Assembly (NCBI GenBank): GCA_012026655.1
Contig: JAAILG010001030.1
Span: 1-64,000, forward strand
Direction: 5' to 3'
Length of the DNA stretch: 64,000 nt
DNA from: Hydrolagus affinis
Lineage: Eukaryota
Below are positions 26,998-40,269 of this stretch, one piece after another. The translations under genes were made by a program, and so were the position numbers. How positions within the stretch are numbered: position 1 is the stretch's first letter; each line of letters starts with the position of its first letter. The notes beneath the pieces are model-generated. The model saw only the letters and a list, made by a program, of their open reading frames with translations. It had not been told where the DNA came from and did not search any database.

Positions 26998-28254
26998 CAA
27001 CTTTTGTTTTTACAGATTGTCTGGAGGTTAAGGCCTGAACCACTTTAAGAGAAGCCTCCCCCCTCTCCCTCAGCAGATTGCAAAAATAAAGTTTCTTAGA
27101 ATTTGGGTGTGTTGAACAAACAGGATGCATTCTGGTCTCACTGCTCCTTTGAAGTTTGCTGCTGTGCAAAGGACATACTTCGAGTTAACTTTTAGGTTTT
27201 TTTTAACTGTTTTTCAACCTCTCAATATCCAGTATTTTGGTGATAGTCGACGAGTGAAAAAATACATGTTCTGGGAGAATAAAAACAAGTATTGTTTTTT
27301 AAAATGAAAAAAGAAGACAAGAAAACCACCGGGGCTTGTGAAATATATGTTTCCGAACCCCGGCCACTGACCTCTGCTGTGGTCAGTATGTGTAGCCTTG
27401 ATGCCAGGTCTTTCGCAACTACTCAAGAGTTAGTGCCAGAGATCTGAGCGTGAAGTTGTGCGGTGAATGACTCTGTAGAGTGCTTTTTTAACGACCTTTA
27501 AAGCTGTCAGCACACACAGATCGGCGACCAGAGATTTATTCATTTTCACTGGATTTATAAGTTTTTTTTGGAAAAAAAATGTCAATTACTCCCTCCTTTG
27601 CTTCTCCCCTTTCGACATAAAAATAAGACCTTCAAAAATACCCGGGTTTATTTATTTTCAGGACCACAAAGCAAGGCCTTTAAAGCGGATCTGAAGATTT
27701 TGAGCTAAACTTCTAGCCTCCATAATGATACTGTACTTCAGGACAAGAGGCAATATGTAACCCCGAGACTTGCCAGACATTTCACAATTAGGAGAATTGT
27801 GGCGTTAAGACATCGTGTGAACATCTGCAAAGTTTGAGAGCTTATTCAAGAGCAGTTTCACTAAATATGTTTGCGAAGAGAGCCCGAAGACTCTACAAGT
27901 CTGGTCTGTTTTGGTACTCGACTTACTCCAGACCTCAAATAGTTAAAAACAAAATGCACAGACTTGCTGAGAGAGAGAGAGAGAGAGATACGATTCTGGT
28001 TAATGCAGGACAGAAAACAACCAGTCGCCCTTGGAACTGGAGAAGTTTTGACTGCACTGGCTGGAGAGAAATAAGAGTTTACCTTTAACAACAAATATAA
28101 TGGCGAGTTTAACCCACACTTTAACTTTGCAGAACCGAAAGCCGACTCGTGATCTGCTGCTTTCGTTTCGTTTACAAGTGTCATTCTATTGGAAAGAGAG
28201 AGAGAGAGAGAACACAGACACACACACACACAGTAGAATGAATTAATCTCTCAA

Positions 28255-28650
28255 CATTACCTGCGATAGAAGTCTGCCTCACAAGCCACGGCTCAGGCAG
28301 TCTCGCGTTCCAGCGAGAGGGAAATCACTCCCATTCAAGTGTTTGGATTTTGCCCAAACAAGCTGCCGACTCTTCTTGCTGAGAGAGAGAGAGAAAAGCC
28401 ACCCACACTCCCGAGGTTGGTGTGCTGTACAGATGCAGAACTCTGCTCGATCACCAAAGGGCTGAGACAAGCTGAGCTGTGTGTTGTGTTGTTTTGCTGT
28501 GTGGCGCTATGTTGCTCGCTGCTATATCGCGTTATACCGGGTTATGTGCCGCTCGGTTGTGTTATCGCTCTGCTGTGTGATGTGACTCGCTGTCCTGACC
28601 CTCTTTGTTCGGGCTGCTCACTCAGCGCCGCTGTGAGACGGACGGCTGAG
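28255..28650 (-). other. HS3ST1: Candidate non-coding first exon of HS3ST1 with donor CAG|GTAATG at 28261/28260
   Basis: Good 5' splice site at the downstream edge of a CpG-rich island. The TSS position is approximate. Confidence 0.55.
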
Positions 28651-29240
28651 TCTCAGCCTCACTCAAGACACAACCTGGGGACGGGCGGCTCCAGGCTGAG
28701 CTCATTGGCGACGCTTCCGCCTCATCCACATATTTAGACCCTCCCGTGCGCCCCCCATTGACGCACTCGCTCGGTGCGGCGCCGCCCAGCCTCACCAGTT
28801 GATGGAGGCACGAGGTAGGCTTCCTGGGAAGCTGCCAAGCCGTTTCCAACAGCGTAAACACAGCTCGACCTGTGAGATAAGTGACGGAGAGCACGATGCA
28901 AATGTGTTCTCTCTCTCTCTCTCCCCACCCACCCCACATTCCTCGAAAGATATCAAAGGAGGGACTCTCTCTCACACACACACACAGAGAGAGAGAGAGA
29001 GAAAACTCGTTTGCTTTTGCGGGGGTCGTTGCTTCTCTAATTGCAGATTTTTTTTCTCTCTCTCTCTGTGAAGCTATTGGGGCCAGAGCGGTCCTGTTAT
29101 TAGCGGTAAAGCGACTCCCGAGTTTGATCGGCTTAAGGTCAAGAGGAGAAATGTTCAGTCGTCAAACCATTAATCCCACCGCAGCTTTGAACGTCCTTTT
29201 AACTTTGTGGTTGAGGGTCCTCACGTGTATTTCCCAATCG
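28280..29240 (-). promoter_or_regulatory. CpG-island promoter region of HS3ST1
   Basis: High GC and CpG density against a CpG-depleted background. CCAAT on the minus strand at 28704-28708, TGACG half-CRE near 28759, GC-rich cggcgccgccc near 28777. Confidence 0.7.
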
Positions 29241-29297
29241 CAGCAATACTGTACTTCCCTCTGGAGTGCCTCTCACCAGAATCAAATGCCTTCGCCA

Positions 29298-29321
29298 AAT
29301 AATAATAATAATAATAATAAT
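29298..29321. repeat. (AAT)n, SINE tail
   Basis: Read directly. Confidence 0.95.
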
Positions 29322-29715
29322 CCTTGCATTTGTTATCGCGCCTGAACATGTCATTGAGATGTCTCAAAGCATCTCACCAGATGTACAGTGAAAATGAATT
29401 GACTATATATTTTGTGGGTGAATCGCAGCAAGCCAATTGCGCACAACAATGCCGTAAGACCAATTTGAAATGTAGTGAATGCTCTTATGAAGCCAGACAG
29501 CTATTTTGCACCAGTAGCTAACTCCGAACAACTAGGGCAGTCAGATCAGACCACTGATCAGAATTTTCTGGTGATAAATTTGGACAGGATTGTTCTTTGA
29601 AGTAACAGTGCGGATCCTTTAATCGTTCACCTGAACCATGAGGCAAGATCCAGCTCTGGCCTAATGAAGCATTACCTTGAAGGGTTGAAAAGCAGAATAA
29701 ATAATGCCGTACTTC
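29315..29715 (-). mobile_element. Deu-domain SINE fragment with (ATT)n tail
   Basis: SINE tail at 29320-29450 and ggatcctttaatcgttcacctgaac (Deu core, reverse complement). Confidence 0.65.
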
Positions 29716-30360
29716 ACAAAGCATCTTACCACCTTGAAAAATTTCAAAACACTCCAAACAAAAGGAGTGTTTACTTTAAAATGTAGTGAATGTGAGATTG
29801 GCGAGCATAGCAGCCAATCTCTCATAACATGAGATGAATAACCAATTCAATTTTTTTTTGGTGGGGCTGGGGTGGGGGGGGGGGGGTGACAGACGCATGT
29901 GAAAAGGATATAGAAGGAGATCATGTTTCACAGATTTCACACTGACAAACTGAAAAGCAAGAGTAAAGCGGGGATTGAAGGAAGAGCGAGGGAGGGAGGG
30001 AGGGAGGGAGGGAGCTTGACCCAGAGTGGCACCCAATATGAGTATGCTGTTGCGGGCATCATGAACGGTATGAAAATATTGCTTGTTTCACCCCCCAATT
30101 AAAACGTACAGTCGATTCGCTTCACAGTATGTTCTGTGGAGCCTGTTGAGATGCCTCAAAGGACGTGATACGACGCTGTATCAAATGCGGTGATGAACAT
30201 GAAGCTATTGTGAGCTTGGGAGCTTAGATCAGCATAGCTCTGATATTGTTTTTATCTTTGTGCCAATTGTTTTATATGTGAGGAGAGAGACAGGTCCATT
30301 AGTGCCAGTGAAGCCTCGAGTTTATAATGGCGCCAGAGTTTGGTCTGCAGCTAGCTATAT

Positions 30361-30652
30361 TGGAGTCCTGTCGCTCAGTGGTTAGAGCACTCTCCTTACA
30401 AGTGAGAGACCTTGGGTTCAATTCCAGGCAGGGTGAAACCTTGGGCAAGTTTCCTTACTCCACACATCTGATAATAATCCCTCAAGAAAAATAAATAAAT
30501 TGGTCATCCACGCTGTGCGCAATTGGCTGCTGCATTTCGCCGACATATATACAGTCAATTGACTTTACAGCATATTCTGTGAATCACTTTGAGACACCTA
30601 GAAGACACCTAGTGAAAAGCGCTATATCAAATGCAAGAATTATTACTACTAT
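30361..30652 (+). mobile_element. SINE2
   Basis: tggagtcctgtcgctcagtggttagagcac... through to the tail. Confidence 0.92.
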
Positions 30653-32202
30653 ATCCTGCAGGTGCAGGTCTCAACTCTCGAACTGACAATATTTTAGCAT
30701 AAACTCAGGTTGACTTATTAGAATCTAAATGCAACTGATTGTCATGGTGGCTGAACATGTAAAGGATTGTTTGTGTCAAATGGCAATTGAGAGTAAGGTA
30801 CATTGTAAGGATGCCTGGTGTGGGAAATGGAATGGTTCACCATGTTTGCATACGTCTCCTGCTGGCATTGAGGGATCTTCATTTTGCTCTGCCTGATATT
30901 ATTCAACACTACAACTAAGCTGTAAAACTGCACAGCCAATTAGACATACAATGGCAAATTAGTGGATGCATGTCCATCCTCTTCATCAGCAAATGCTTCC
31001 TAATTCGGAAACGAAAGGAGAGAAATTACAATTTCTTAAAGACATTTTTGGATTTTTTTTTTAGCAGAAACAGCGAGGAATGAGTGTTATAAACAGAACA
31101 TGCTTCAGGGGTCAGTAAAGTATGACATTTATATGCACTTAGAAACTAAGTTATAACTATCTCATAAATACACTGTGTGAGCTGTCAGGCCTAGCTCATT
31201 CATTCCATACATGTATATTACCTACAAATAAATAAATTCACTAAATTTTGGAGTAAATCCTGTGAAGCGATACGAGACATTTTGATGATGTGATAGGATA
31301 CTATATTAAGTGCAAATGTTAGTTATATTTTTCTGAAATAATAGTATTTCAGACAGTGAATGCACAAATAATGGAGTGGGTGGTGGGGCGGTGGGGGGGA
31401 GAATGGATGGGTGGGTGGAGTGGGTGGAAATTATTCTCAATAAGAATCACTCCTCCGGCCGATCCTAGGTAGAGGAACGCACCTGATTCTCTACTGCTGG
31501 GTACATTTGTAATGAGCTTACAAATTTATAAGTTATTTAAAGTAGTTTTCAAAAGTGGAAACAGTTTGTCAAATTGACATCTAAAAACCTTGTGGAGATC
31601 TTTTGGCAAGATTTGTTTCGACACAAAAACTTCACGTTTGGATTATGCTGAATGTTCAATTTCTCACCAGTGCTTACCACTGTTGATCACAAGTAAACTG
31701 GTTTTACATTATTCTTTGAGGTTTGAAACCGTATCTCTCATTCTAAGCCTAATTGCAAATGGACCCTGAATTTATACATCAGTGTTGTAGTATCAAGCCA
31801 TGTAAAAGACTAACACTGGAACAAACGGGACAGAAAAGAACTACAGGAACAAATCCATTACTCAATTTAAAGCAATAGTATCGTAGCCTGAAATACATAT
31901 TTACCTGGGTTAAATATAGCTTCCTTTTTATTTAAATGAATGGTTGGCCCATATACTTCAGTTTGCAACTAGGTGAGGGAGCATGGGGGAAAGTTTCTTA
32001 TCATTATAATTCAGTCATGGATTCTTTATAAAAATACTAAAAATTCAACACTTGAAAAATTTATGCGGATGATTTTCAAAAACTCGATTAACATATGTCA
32101 AATTTGTTTGGGTCAGCCAGAGCCTTTTGGAAGGCTCATGGTCAGGCATATCCTTGTTACAATCTCACAAGAAAGCATGTCTTATATTACGTAGTATATT
32201 AC

Positions 32203-32806
32203 TACCTCAACCCTCAGACTGCTGAAACACTCATTCATGCCTTCATCACATCCAGGCTCGACTACACCAATGCCTTGCTTATCGGCTTTCCCAATTCCTC
32301 CCTCCATAGGCTGCAGATAATCCAGAACTCTGCGGCCCGTGTCCTCTACTCCAAGTTCTGCGAACCCATCTCCCCCATTCTCACCCAATTCCATTGCTCC
32401 CCATCACCCAGAAGGTTCAATTTAAGATTCTGGTCCTCACCTTTAAAGCCCTCCAGGGCCTCACTCACCCTTCCTTTGCAACCTCCTAACCCCCTACCAA
32501 CCTGCCCAGTCCCTCCGCTCAACAGGCTCCAATCTGCTAAATGTCCCCAGACCCACCCGCCCGATCATTGGCAGGTGAGCCTTCAGCCGCTCTGCCCCAT
32601 ACCTTTGGAATTCCATCCCGCAGTCACTTTGCATCGCCTCCTCCTTAGTGTCCTTCAAGTTCCACCTCAAGACATTCCAAATCTCCTTTCCCTCCAACTT
32701 CCCCAATCCCGACCTCAGCTCGTGTCTGAAACATTGACTGTCCAGCGCCTTGGGACATCCTCCTGATGTGAAAGGCACTATACAAGTGTAATTTTGATGT
32801 TGTTGT
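32203..32806 (+). mobile_element. L2 LINE 3' fragment
   Basis: Encodes LNPQTAETLIHAFITSRLDYTNALLIGFPNSSLHRLQIIQNSAARVL and ends with the type-A stem-loop and (TTG)n tail. Confidence 0.92.
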
Positions 32807-33129
32807 AAATTATCATTTTATTATAGTATTATATATTAAGTCCCCTTGCCAGGGACATACACTTTGCACAACTTTTGTCAGAGATTTACAGAATGCACAT
32901 AAATCATCCTTACATTTGTTACAGCACCTTCGACACTGGGAGGATGTCTCAATATGCTTCACAAGATAGACAGTCAAGTGGTGTGACTGCAAGTGTTTAG
33001 TTAGCAAATACTGCAGCCAATTTGAACACAGCAATGACCCACAAGCAACCTTGAAGTAAATGACACTTTTTTAAAAAATTTGGGGCATTGTTGAGCATGA
33101 TAAAGGGCCAAACTCTCTTGTCTTTTTAT

Positions 33130-33460
33130 TGGAGTCCTGTAGCTCAGTGGTTAGAGCACTCGCCTCACAAACAAGAAACCTGGGTTCAATTCCCGGCAGG
33201 GCAGGGCGAAACTTTGGGTGAGTTTCGTTACTCCACACGCCAGATAATAATACCTCAAGAAAAAATACAATAATAAATTGGCCACTTCAATCCACAACTG
33301 TTGGTGGATACTGCTGTGTGCAATTGGCTGCCGCGTTTCTCCCACAAATATACACTCAATTTACTTTACAGCACAGTATTTATATTTCTGTGAAGCGCTT
33401 TGAGACATCTAGAAGATGTGGAAAGCGCTATATCAAATGCAACGATTATTATTATTTTAT
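33130..33460 (+). mobile_element. SINE2
   Basis: Full head-to-tail match. Confidence 0.92.
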
Positions 33461-34380
33461 TTTCATGGGTACATACAGTAACAGTAAGAAGGAAAGAAGA
33501 AATTTCCAGATCTGGGGCCGAGTTTTTTTTTAATAATAAAGGATACACATTAGAATGCTAAACGTGAGAGAGAATGATAAAATCAGTCATGTTGTTGGCA
33601 GGAGATTCTGAGTAGATAAATTTCATGTATGAAGTAAAAACATTTTTAAAATTTATGCATGTCTTTTAATGTGCATACATGACTATGTAGAAGAAGTACA
33701 GACTGTTCTAATATTCCTCACAACCCTGCTTTAATGAATTGCCTCACTGTGCAAAGAGATATGACAATTGTCATGAGAATACCCTTAGCTGGAGCACACT
33801 GAAGGACAAGGGTGAGTATACCTCCCCAAGCACATTGTAATAATTTCTTATAGAGCTGTTTACAATCCAACTGTGAGAGATACTAGGAATGCATGAAATT
33901 AAACGTCAGTAAGATTTAACAATGTGGCGATGTAAAATGCCTTTATATTCATATAAAGCTGAACTAACCACACATTGCCTTTATTAAAATAATTTTTTTT
34001 CCTTTTTACAAATTTCATGTAAATTCCAGTACTCACATGAATTACAACAACTTACGCTTATATAGCGTTCTCCATGCAGCGTAGCATCTCACTGCGCTTA
34101 ATTAACAGTGGCAGCGCCTGATTCTGAGCCTTTAAACCTACATTGCGACTAATGTACATTAATGTACCTACATGGCGACTAATATATTGACTTATACTAT
34201 TAAGGGCACAATAGATGTTGAGGTTTTGTGTAGGCATGTAATCTTTATAGCAATGCAACCAAAGTAAACCAAATCATATTGTAATAGCCTCTGCAAGACA
34301 TAGCAATAAACATTTAAAATAAGCCATGTGACAAATGTCTACAATGTTGGATTTATATAATGGAGACTGCATGGGCAAAT

Positions 34381-34880
34381 GGCAGCTTGTGTCCTCACCC
34401 GCACCAAGCTCTGCGACCACATCATTCCCACCCTCGTCCGGCTCCATTGGCTCTCCACCCCCCAGAGGATCAAGTTCAAGATCCTCGTCCTCACCTTCAA
34501 GGCCATTCACGGCCTTGCCCCCTTTGCCTCTCCAACCTGTTGCCCCCTATGTACCTCCATTCAGCGGGCTCCTGCCTGCTCCATGTCCCTCCCCACCATC
34601 GACGGACGGGCTTTCAGCCTCTCTGTCCCCACACTCTGGAACGCCATCCCACGGTCCCTTCGCCCCACTCTCTCCCTCGCCTCCTTCAAGGCCGGTCTCG
34701 AGACCCTCCTCTTTGACCTTGCCTTCTGCTGCCCTCCCAACTCTCTCACTCTCCTCCTATCTCTCCCACCCCTCCCTCCTCCCCTGTCCCTCTCCTTTGC
34801 TTGGGTCCCGTCCTGACTGTTCAGCGCCGTGGGTCGTCCTCCTGACGTGAAAGGTGCAGTATAAATGTAATTTTGTTGTT
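34381..34880 (+). mobile_element. L2 LINE 3' fragment
   Basis: Encodes HIIPTLVRLHWLSTPQRIKFKILVLTFKAIHGLAP, with a type-A tail. Confidence 0.92.
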
Positions 34881-35655
34881 AATTATGTGTTCAACATAAT
34901 CCGCCCCTCAGAGGAATGCAGACCACAAGATACAAAACAATGCACTTTATTGACACAAGCCTGTAACCTAGCACGTAATTCAATGGGGTACATAGCATAG
35001 CAAACAGACATCACCTACCATAGTAACTTATTGTACATATTGTGGTTGAGTTTGTGGTGATTCATAGCAGGAGTCAGACACCACGTTGCACATTCCAACA
35101 TGTGCCAACCCATGCTGGAAGTAGAAATAATTAGCAAAGGGTAAAGTTCCTGCTAGTCAGTGTGACGCATCCAGTTACTATCAGTCTTTGTGATTCCTTT
35201 TATGAGCATATTGACACATATCACCACATATTGGACTCTACTATGCAACTTGGGATGTCCTCCCAATGTGGAAGGTGCTGTAAAAATGTAATTTTGTCGT
35301 TGTTGCTATTGTTACAAGAATGGAAAATGCGGAGGTGGGCAAACCAGTACCCAAAGGAGAAAAATTGGGTTCACATTTTGGGTATGCCCCTTCATTAGAA
35401 CATGAAACAGAATACCGAATACAGGCTTTCAGGGCTTACTGATTGTTACTGCGCTCTTTCCATTTTTTCTCAAGACGCTTTGAATGAAGGAAGGGAGCAC
35501 CATTCCTCTCCAGGTTGCTTATTGGAAGCTACAACCTTTTTAAACATCTGCAACAGAGCCTAGGAAAATAACCGAGTGCCTCAGCCATAATAGTGATTAA
35601 TACTATCAAGTTTGATTAGGGCAACAATGGCACAAAACACCAATACATCGATAGG

Positions 35656-35965
35656 AATAATTCTTGCATTGATATAGCAAGTGTAATCACATACTCTAGA
35701 CGTCTCAAAGTGCTTCACAGAATACACTGGAAAAGTGAATTGACTGTACAATGTATTCGTGGGAGAAACGTGGTAGCTAATTGTATACAGCAGTGTCCCA
35801 CAAACAGTCATGGATTGAATGATCAAATTATTATTGTTTTTTATCTTGAGGGATTATTATCAGCCATGTGGAGTAAGGAAACTTGGCAAAGGTATCGTCC
35901 TGCCAGAAATCAAACCCAGGTCTCTTGCTTGCAAGGCGAGTGCTCTAAACAGTGAGCTGTTAGAG
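35656..35965 (-). mobile_element. SINE2
   Basis: Near-full match on the minus strand. Confidence 0.9.
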
Positions 35966-36029
35966 CTGTCAACAAAGGAATAATATTTTTCTTCCCTTAA
36001 AAAGAAACTACAACTATTTGATTTGGTTC

Positions 36030-36592
36030 TACGCCAATGCCCTGCTTGTCAGCCTTCCCAATTCCTCCCTCCATAGGTTGTAGAACTCTGCGGCCCGTGT
36101 CCTTTACTGCTCCAAGCTTCGTGACCCCATCTCCCCCACCCTCAACTGAAGGAACCTCCTCATCACCCACAGTATCCAATTCAAGATCCTGGTCCTCACC
36201 TTCAAAGCCCTCCATGGCCTCACCCCACCCTACCTCTGTAACCTCCTAATCTCCTACCAACCTGCTTGCCCCCTCTGCTCAGCAGGCTCCAGCCAGCTCC
36301 ACATCTCCCGACCCACCCGCTCCACCATTGACGGGCGAGCCTTCAGCCACTCTATCCCCAACCTCTGGAACTCCATCCCGCAGTCCCTCCACCTCGCCCT
36401 CTTCCTAGCCTCTTCAAATCCCGCCTCAAGACCCTCCTCTTTGACGGTCCCATCAATCACCCCAAATCCCCCCCTTTCCCTCCACCCTCCATGTCCCCAA
36501 CCCCAGCTCGGGTCTGAAACAATGACTATTCTGCGCCTTGTGACATCGTCCTGATGTGGAATGCGCTTCACAAGTGTAATTTTGTTGTTGTT
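36030..36592 (+). mobile_element. L2 LINE 3' fragment
   Basis: Paralogous to 32260-32806, with a type-A tail. Confidence 0.9.
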
Positions 36593-39294
36593 CTATGGTA
36601 TATGCTATAATGTTTATGGAAATAATCATACACAATATATAATAATAACCTTGCACTTTATATACCAGCTTTTACCTTGAGGCCATCTCAAAGTGGTTGG
36701 CAGGATATTCTGTGAAGCGTAGTCATTGTGCAATTTCCACTCAAAACTTTGCAAGCATACTTATTTTGTTTTTGAGAAATGCATGGTGTGAGTCTTTTTA
36801 ACATGGTTAAATAAAACCAAAGTGACCTTTGTGACTCAGCATTGTGTGTGTAACAGATGGGAGTGTCAAGTGTGACACAGTGTGCGGTATACAAGCTGAA
36901 ATGAAGGTGAGCAGGGAGGGAAAGAGAGACAAGGGTTTGACCTGAATCAGTTCGGCTGCTTTAGAGATTACAGTAACATGAAGACTGAAAGGAGAAAAAG
37001 TTATGAGACTCAAGACATCTTATTCCAATGAACCTTTTGTTATCTATATTAACCTCTATAATTTTACTGATGGAGCAAAGTAGGCATTTATGCACAGATA
37101 AAAAGTCAAAGAGAAAGGTCTGAAATTTCTGTTCTCTATAGCAAACTAAACAAAGCTCTGGATGTATGTCTAACATTGGAATATACATAAGTCAGCTCTG
37201 ACTTGTTACATTCCATAGATATTTCCATGGATCAGCACCATTATGTTCTGGATGATATTAGTGATGAGAGGCTAAACAAGTTGAACAGATTGTAGACCAA
37301 GGCCAACAACAGAAGCAGCAGCCAGAGATCCAAGTAGGCATAATCTGATTGTGACTGGAAGACATGGAGCTGAGAGTAGTGTTTTGACCACAAGGTAAAT
37401 AAGTTTTGAATGCACCTGTAATTCAAAACATCTTAAAACATTTCACAATAATACTGTCACATGTAGTGACTATGTTTGTAGTCAAATTAAGCAGATATTG
37501 TGCTCACAGCCAGATCCCACCATTAGCCACGAGATGAATGGCGGTCCCTGTTTGTGGGACATTGTGTTCAATCGGACTGCCATTTTCCCCTTCAAATACA
37601 TTCACTCCACATCACAGTAATATCTGATGGAGCACTTTGAAACATCTCTTGATGTGAAAAATGCTATACAAAATGCAAGGATGATTATTATCATAATGAT
37701 TCTGTAGGATTGTTGACCAGGAGGAAATCCCCCTTGTTGTTTTTATTAATGTCATGGGATATGTAACATTCATTTACAAAAACTGGTAAACAGGATCATA
37801 GTTTAACTTCTTATCTGATAAATAAGATTTGCAATAGTACAGTAGTGGCAATAGCATGTTGTGGCATCAGCCTAGACTCGTAGGGAATGAAGGAATGAGA
37901 ATGCAGTGACCCATGTTAGGAACGAGCAGCACATAATCAGCAACCGAACACAAGCAAAGCAACTGATTCATGACCAGATAAGCAGTGACTCCTGAAGGAA
38001 TAATATTACCATGGGAAGCTCAGAACAGCCCATTCTTGGCAGACTTGCGATTTGTGTCTTTCAGGCCCTGACAGTCACGACTGATATCATCATTCTGAGC
38101 TCATCCGCTAACTTCCTGTGCAGTCTGTTCATTTAAATCTTTCGAATACCAGAGTATTGATTTTATGCATGTACAAAAATATCTTCCGGCAGCAATGGTG
38201 CTTCAATATTAGATTTAGCTTCTGTTGCTATGGTTTTTTTGTGCAAGAGCATATTGTAAAGTTTGAAATATTTTAAAAAGTAAATTGTTAAATTATTTTG
38301 CCAAAAAAATGCAAACAATTTTCAGTAAGTGTCTGGAACAATTGTCCATCTTGCTTACAATTTCTAATTTACTGATATGTTTGTCACAGCACATAAACAA
38401 TGCCACATTCAGAATTTAACATCCTGAAAACCTGCATTTCGTTTCAAGTTCAGTGTCGGCATGCAAAACAACACTGTACATTGTATAGATCGATCAGCAC
38501 AAGGACAGCAACATTAAGTCACTACAAAATTGGCATTTCACCATTACTGAAAAATCCAATAAAAAAGGAATTGTGTGTTTAGAAAACTGCTTTCACCTCT
38601 GGGACTTGTTGTGAAGAAACATGTCTTCCTGCTGGTTGTAAGACTCCCACAGTAAATGTGTTTGGACAGTCTCAACGTTCGGCATGATATGGGAATGAAA
38701 CCCTGAAAAGTGTTGCATTGACATTCTTCTGTGGCTTCAGTGTACTGCAGAAGGAAGAGAATAGCTTTACTCTGCAAACATTTGTGTAGTACTCGATTTT
38801 AATGTGGGAAGAAATGAATAGTCAACAGACGGGGATATTGAAACCCCTACGAACCTTTAATCTCTATTTTCATGAAGGTAGATGTGAAGTCACTTTTGAC
38901 AATAACAAGACAATAACAATTTACAGTTGAGGTATCACTACATTACAATGTGCATTTTTCTACCTCTTACATTTCCTCAGTATGTTATGTCATCTAATAA
39001 GAAAGTTGTGTTATTTATGTGTACTACTCTTATAGCCACAAATGGTTTTCAGTACTTAACCAATTCAATGAACATAGCTTATAGTATTCTGACAGGAACA
39101 TCATTGGACATCACCCAATATGAATCACCCTATACTGAGGCAGAATATGACCCCACCTTCTTAGAATATCAAGCCTACTTTCTTTCCATTACAGGAGGGT
39201 GGTTCAACATTTTGGTTACACGCAGCTGGATTCCCTATCTGAGAAAGCATTTCTGAAAGGGAAATTTTGTGTTTCCCCTTCAGAAACATAATTT

Positions 39295-39492
39295 AACATT
39301 TATACAGCATGCTTTTCATGTTGGAAGGATATCTCAAAGAGTTCACCACTGGCTGAGCGTCTGAACTGGGGGTAGGGGCCAAGAAAGGTCGGACGGGGAA
39401 GGGAAAAGATGACCGAAGGCATGGTGAAACATTTAGGCCTTGGCATGCCTTGAAAGAGGGGACAGAGTTGAAGGGACTCCAGGAATGGAACA
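39295..39492 (-). mobile_element. L2 3' end fragment
   Basis: Reverse-complement L2 tail and 3'UTR. Confidence 0.65.
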
Positions 39493-39514
39493 TACTCTAT
39501 CAATTACTCTCTCT

Positions 39515-39614
39515 NNNNNNNNNNNNNNNNNNNNNNNNNNNNNNNNNNNNNNNNNNNNNNNNNNNNNNNNNNNNNNNNNNNNNNNNNNNNNNNNNNNNNN
39601 NNNNNNNNNNNNNN
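39515..39614. other. Assembly gap (100 N)
   Basis: Run of 100 N. Confidence 1.
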
Positions 39615-39855
39615 CCCCCCCCACCTCCACTCTCTCACACAGTGTCTGTTTCCCACAGTCCATTTCTCATTTCCCTCTTGCACACACTTTCCCGCTCTCA
39701 CATTCTCTCTCTCTGCTCTCCTCCTCTTTCCCAACCACTCTCTCTCCCATCACACAGTCTCTCTCACTGCCCATTTCTCACCTCTCTCACCCACTCTCTC
39801 TCACCCACCCCCCCACCTCCCCCACCACCCACTCCTTCTTTCTTCCTCTTCTTTG
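39615..39855. repeat. CT-rich low-complexity tract next to the gap
   Basis: Pyrimidine-rich sequence with (CT)n runs. Confidence 0.9.
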
Positions 39856-39976
39856 AATTCCACTCTCAACAATCAGCGCATGGGTCATTATCTGCAGCGG
39901 CAGCAGTTGTGAGGACATGATAGATAAGGTGACTTGCCAACCCCTCAGCTCAGTAACAACTGTTATTATTATTATT

Positions 39977-40220
39977 AAAGCCTCCATGGCCTTTCTCCCC
40001 TCTACCTTTGTGACCTTCTAACCTCTACTAACATGCCTGCTCCCTGTGCTCAGCTCTTCAGCCTGCTTCACCTCCCTCACATCACCCGCCCCACCACTGG
40101 TGTATGAGCCTTCAGCCACTCTGCACCCATCCTCTGGATTGCCTTCCCATAGTCCTTCAACTCCTCCCTTACCTTCTTCAAGACCCATTTCAAGACCATC
40201 CTCTTCGACCGTGCCTTAAC
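39977..40220 (+). mobile_element. L2 fragment
   Basis: Starts aaagcctccatggcct..., similar to 36205-36450. Confidence 0.75.
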
Positions 40221-40269
40221 AGTGTTTCGGCAACCCTCTTTATTGGTGAAGAACAAAACTATAAATGCA

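Noticed and set aside
28339-29345. ORFs of 119-154 aa over the promoter
   Set aside because: By-products of GC-rich and microsatellite sequence (ERERE, LSLSL, NNNN).
38927-39256. 109-aa ORF in non-repeat DNA
   Set aside because: Non-ATG start, no recognisable motif and no convincing splice context.
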